The notes below the pieces were generated by a model. It did no database searches and was not told the DNA's origin. It saw only the letters and a list, made by a program, of their open reading frames with translations. Positions 61,698 to 64,000 of a stretch of DNA of 64,000 nucleotides are shown here, piece after piece (within the stretch, counting starts at the first letter, position 1; each line of letters begins with the position of its first letter). This DNA comes from Candidatus Latescibacterota bacterium. Lineage in GTDB: Bacteria > Latescibacterota > UBA2968 > UBA8231. The translations under genes were made by a program, and so were the position numbers. Where the stretch lies: the NCBI GenBank assembly GCA_965206595.1, contig OZ242214.1, positions 512,001 through 576,000 of the forward strand, given 5' to 3'.

Positions 61698-62918
61698 GGC
61701 TCGTCAGTAGAATTCGTGGGTGAATTGTGGCTCGGGTAAATCGCCAAGCTGATGGAATGAAGCGATTTGGAGTGCCTTGAAGGTGCGGCATCCGAATGCT
61801 TTTCTCCCTGTCAGATTCCATTTCAGGTTCAAGCCCTCGACCATGCCGTTGTTGAACTGCTTCCTGGCCCTGAACCAATTGAGGATGAGCTCTTGGTGAC
61901 GCCGCAGCATTCCGGCGATGTCTTTCATCGGTTCGATGTTGCTTCTCATCGTACGGAAACACCCGCGCTGGAGGAACTTCTCAGCCCACGCGGAGTAGGT
62001 GTAGTCCCAGAAGCGCTGGAAGTCCTCCTTGAGCAGGTAGGCTCTGACCGTCCGCAGGTTCATCTTCAATAGCTCCGACAGCTTCAAGCCTTGGGAGTCG
62101 CTTCTGGTCGAGGAAACGGGTCGGCTCCTGCTCGCCGCCGGCTTCCTGCTTGCGCCGGTGCTCCTGCTCCCGTTCGGTAAAGCCGTCGTTCAAGGCCTTC
62201 TTCGTCCGCTTCTCGCCCATCCACAACAGGCGGCGGCGGTGGGGGTCGATCTGGTACAGCAACGTCAGATAATGAGGCCCCTTACGATACTGGATTTCAT
62301 CCACGCCGAGGGCCGTGACCTGGTCGAGGCAGCGATGAGCGAGCCCATAGTCCACGACGTACTGGACGGAGTGGTAGACCTTGTCCCAACGGGTCCGGAA
62401 GGAACGCGCCACCTCGATCCACGACAGTTTTTTGGCCCCCTGGGCCAGGAAGCAGCGGTAGAGGTCGGTCAGGTGGTGCTTGCCCGTGCTCCAGGGGACC
62501 TTCTCGACGACCACCCGGCCGCAGGCTTTGCAGGCAACCCGGCGCATGCGATACACCAGAAAGACCGGAAACCCCCAGAGGGGAACAAACTCGAACAGCC
62601 GGGCCTCGGGGGCCGTGTCATAGGTGGGGGCCAAGTGACCGCAGCCGCTGCACGCGCCCCGGGAGTTTTTCCGTGGCCTTATCCTCACCATTATCCTTCC
62701 GTGCCGGTCAAAATGACTGCCCTCAAACACAAACCGCTTGAAGGTCGTGCACCGGTTTAGTACCGTGATCAGGCGCATCATTCCCTCCACAGGTAGTTGG
62801 GTTCCGTCTTGGTGGACTGTCCCAACATACCGGGGGATGATGCGCCTGGGCTACCTGGCCTCCTCTATTCCCATCGCCGCAGCCTCCCCTCCTCACCCAC
62901 AGATTCTCCAGAGGAGCC
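61698..62918 (-). mobile_element. ISL3-family IS with an internally deleted/frameshifted transposase
   Basis: Imperfect 26-bp IRs GGCTCCTCTGGAGAATCTGTGGGTGA / GGCTCGTCAGTAGAATTCGTGGGTGA. CSGC...CKAC zinc finger, LGVDEI, NGMVEGLN. Break near 62100. Confidence 0.9.
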
Positions 62919-63295
62919 ATAAAATCTAGTCCCCAAGACTCGGCATTGTAATCGTGGTCGTTCTTGTATATGTCGTCGCTGGCAACGTAGGCCACGTAGA
63001 AACGGGCCGGATCGTCGTGCCAGGCCAGCCAGATGCGGAAGTCGAGGTCGGACGGATCAGGAGAAATCCCCGGATCCAGGCTTGTGAAATCCAGCATGGT
63101 CATGGACGGCTCGCCGATCAGCTCTTGCCATTCCTCCACCGAGCCGTCCTTGAGATCGATCCGTTCCAGCATCTCGTCGCTGATATAGTGGATCGGGTAC
63201 AAGCGGTCGCCGATGTGGGCGTCTGCCGAGACAACCAGCCACAGAACGAGCCCCAGGGCGGCGCAACACTGCTTCCTGCTTCCGACAGAAGTCAT
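62919..63295 (-). pseudogene. N-terminal part of a fourth secreted beta-sandwich paralog, truncated by ISL3
   Basis: AGGAGG RBS, signal peptide, DLDFRIWLAWHDDPARFYVAY. Confidence 0.8.
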
Positions 63296-63544
63296 CTCTT
63301 TCCTCCTTGCCCGGTCCGTGTCCCCGGACTGGCCATCGGTTACCCCGGTGGTTGATGCGCTTGGGTTGCCCCTCTGATGCGGGCACAATATAGGCGGTCT
63401 GTTACCGGTCTCCTCGAATAACCACGGCTACTACTTTCCATAGACACTTCGTCCTGTTGTTGAATCGCTCGGGATTCGCCGCGATCGGTGTAACCCCCTG
63501 CGCCATGCCGTATCTTTGCGGCCACACTCATTCCGGGAAACCAG

Positions 63545-64000
63545 ATGTCAACCACCAGAAAAGGACTGCTGACCGCGGTCGGCCCGGGTATGCTGGTCGC
63601 GGCCACCGGGGTAGGCGCCGGCGACCTCGCCACCGCGGCGCTCACCGGCTCCCGGCTCGGCCTCGCCGTCCTCTGGGCGGTCGTGGTCGGGGCCTTCGTC
63701 AAGTTCGTCCTCAACGAGGGGCTGACGCGCTGGCAGCTGGCGACCGGCGAGACCCTGCTCGAAGGGGCCATGCGCCGCCTCGGCAGGCCGGCGCAGTACA
63801 TCTTCCTCGCCTACCTCCTCGCCTGGAGCTTCATGGTGGCCGCGGCGCTGATGAGCGCCAGCGGCATCGCCGCCCACGCCATGCTGCCGATCGCAGCGGA
63901 TCCCTCCGACGGCAAGATCGTCTACGGCGCCCTGCTCAGCCTCGTCGGCCTGGCGATGGTGCAGGTCGGCGGCTACCGCCTGTTCGAGAAGGTGATGGGC
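63545..64000 (+). CDS. Nramp/MntH-like divalent metal transporter family protein (runs off the window)
   Basis: MSTTRKGLLTAVGPGMLVAATGVGAGDLATA...NEGLTRWQLATGETLLEG; absent from the ORF track because no stop falls in the window. Confidence 0.85.
   Translation, partial: MSTTRKGLLTAVGPGMLVAATGVGAGDLATAALTGSRLGLAVLWAVVVGAFVKFVLNEGLTRWQLATGETLLEGAMRRLGRPAQYIFLAYLLAWSFMVAAALMSASGIAAHAMLPIAADPSDGKIVYGALLSLVGLAMVQVGGYRLFEKVMG

Noticed and set aside
5987-63295. Idea that the C-terminal fragment (5987-6688) and the N-terminal fragment (62919-63295) are two halves of one split gene
   Set aside because: They overlap over YVA..SDD.YKNDHDY and differ there (FVSSDDVYKNDHDYDAIR versus YVASDDIYKNDHDYNAES), so they are separate paralogs.

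Overview
High-GC bacterial chromosomal window that is heavily eroded by mobile elements. The gene content (three PhyH dioxygenases, ankyrin proteins, three GH32-like propellers, a sialidase-like protein, secreted proteins ending in SWGxxK) suggests a sponge-symbiont-type Latescibacterota/Poribacteria-like organism; this is inference, not an identification. In order: (1) 1-6000, a lower-GC phage/IS-like island with an IS66 end, a SAM methyltransferase, a tRNA-like relic and secreted proteins. (2) 6-13 kb, a family of secreted beta-sandwich paralogs with conserved frameworks and variable loops, plus a pseudogenised beta-propeller/sigma-54 activator divergent from a sigma-54 promoter that drives a small secreted CxxxC...CxC peptide. 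(3) 17.9-24.7 kb, a defence cluster: VapBC, a Type ISP-like R-M enzyme and an ABC-ATPase/TOPRIM-like pair. (4) Sugar and sugar-acid catabolic genes, a low-GC Ser/Thr kinase, a broken Fic gene and msrP. (5) 55-63 kb, nested IS630/ISL3/IS91 relics around a UxxC selenoprotein with a recognisable SECIS, which the ORF track splits in two. All calls come from manual motif reading; no database searches were run.
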